The notes beneath the pieces are model-generated. The model saw nothing but the letters and a program-made list of their open reading frames with translations. It was not told the origin of the DNA and searched no databases. The position numbers were made by a program, and so were the translations under genes. A DNA stretch of 64,000 bases. Source: a virus (lineage: Duplodnaviria; Caudoviricetes). This document shows positions 63,556-64,000 of this stretch, one piece after another. The DNA is taken from positions 1 through 64,000 of IMG/VR virus record IMGVR_UViG_3300005077_000001; one strand, written 5' to 3'. How positions within the stretch are numbered: position 1 is the first letter of the stretch; every line of letters starts with the position of its first letter.

Positions 63556-64000
63556 ATGGATTTTGATGCTATAGCAAAAGAACTCAATACTAAATACGAA
63601 AATATAACGATTCGTAGTATTAAGCCTAGTGATAAAGAAGGGCAATACGTAATGGAAGTGCGCCCTCATTTGGCTTATTTAGAGCATGGTAGAGCTATAC
63701 CTACCCCTGCTGAATATGCTAACAGAGCATCTGCTTCTGTAATGTATAATGATGCTTTGATGAAAATGCAAGTGGATAGAGCATTAACTGATTTCAGTAA
63801 TGAGAAACCGCATAATTTATATGAATTAGTGACTAAGTATTATTGGACTAAAGATGTGTTTGGTTCTTTTATTGATACTTTAGTATATTTTGCTGCTAGT
63901 GGATTTCATAATGATTGCCCTGATGAAGACATCAAAGCTTTCTATGACCATTGGTGCTATGATGTAAAAATAAGAAAAATATTAGACCAGATTTTTCTAG
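63556..64000 (+). CDS. Probable portal protein, N-terminal part running off the window
   Basis: AAGGAG RBS; open frame MDFDAIAKELNTKY... to the edge; position after TerL. Confidence 0.55.
   Translation, partial: MDFDAIAKELNTKYENITIRSIKPSDKEGQYVMEVRPHLAYLEHGRAIPTPAEYANRASASVMYNDALMKMQVDRALTDFSNEKPHNLYELVTKYYWTKDVFGSFIDTLVYFAASGFHNDCPDEDIKAFYDHWCYDVKIRKILDQIFL

Noticed and set aside
21000-63700. Numerous antisense ORFs of 60-115 aa opposite the called genes
   Set aside because: Low-complexity F/L/I/S-rich translations typical of shadow frames in AT-rich DNA
1-64000. Genome-wide TAG recoding (genetic code 15)
   Set aside because: Only one interrupted gene was seen; many genes (e.g. dnaX, hsp20, DUF1653) end at TAG followed by a new gene or terminator; no suppressor tRNA in the window

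Overview
This window is part of a large dsDNA tailed phage genome; two proteins hint at a Desulfobacterota-like anaerobic host (inference). There are four blocks. (1) 1-1911 (-): DNA methyltransferase and an HTH regulator. (2) About 2.2-20.7 kb (+), visibly more GC-rich: ClpP, four tRNAs, a tmRNA, tandem HNH genes, a T4 gp30.3/NADAR-like gene with an internal TAG and an HD hydrolase. It also holds a roughly 8 kb array of short cassettes, each built as a GCGGYTT hairpin, an alternating purine/pyrimidine tract, a TATATTTAATG-TANNAT-AG promoter and a cargo. Several cargoes are not proteins but highly paired, pseudoknotted RNA-like segments (about 3938-4580, 14895-15240, 17428-17556, 18910-19060, 19127-19310); these are the most striking unexplained signal. 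(3) 20.9-48.2 kb, mostly (-): many small hypothetical genes plus a PHP-GT4 glycosyltransferase, a MazG-like protein, a GGQ release-factor-like protein, a sulfotransferase-like protein, Hsp20, PyrE and an M23 peptidase. (4) 48.4-64 kb (+): GroES, dCMP deaminase, a LAGLIDADG nuclease, DnaX and delta-like clamp-loader subunits, Met aminopeptidase, an actin-like ATPase, terminase and a probable portal. All calls come from motif recognition and manual base-pair inspection; no searches were run.
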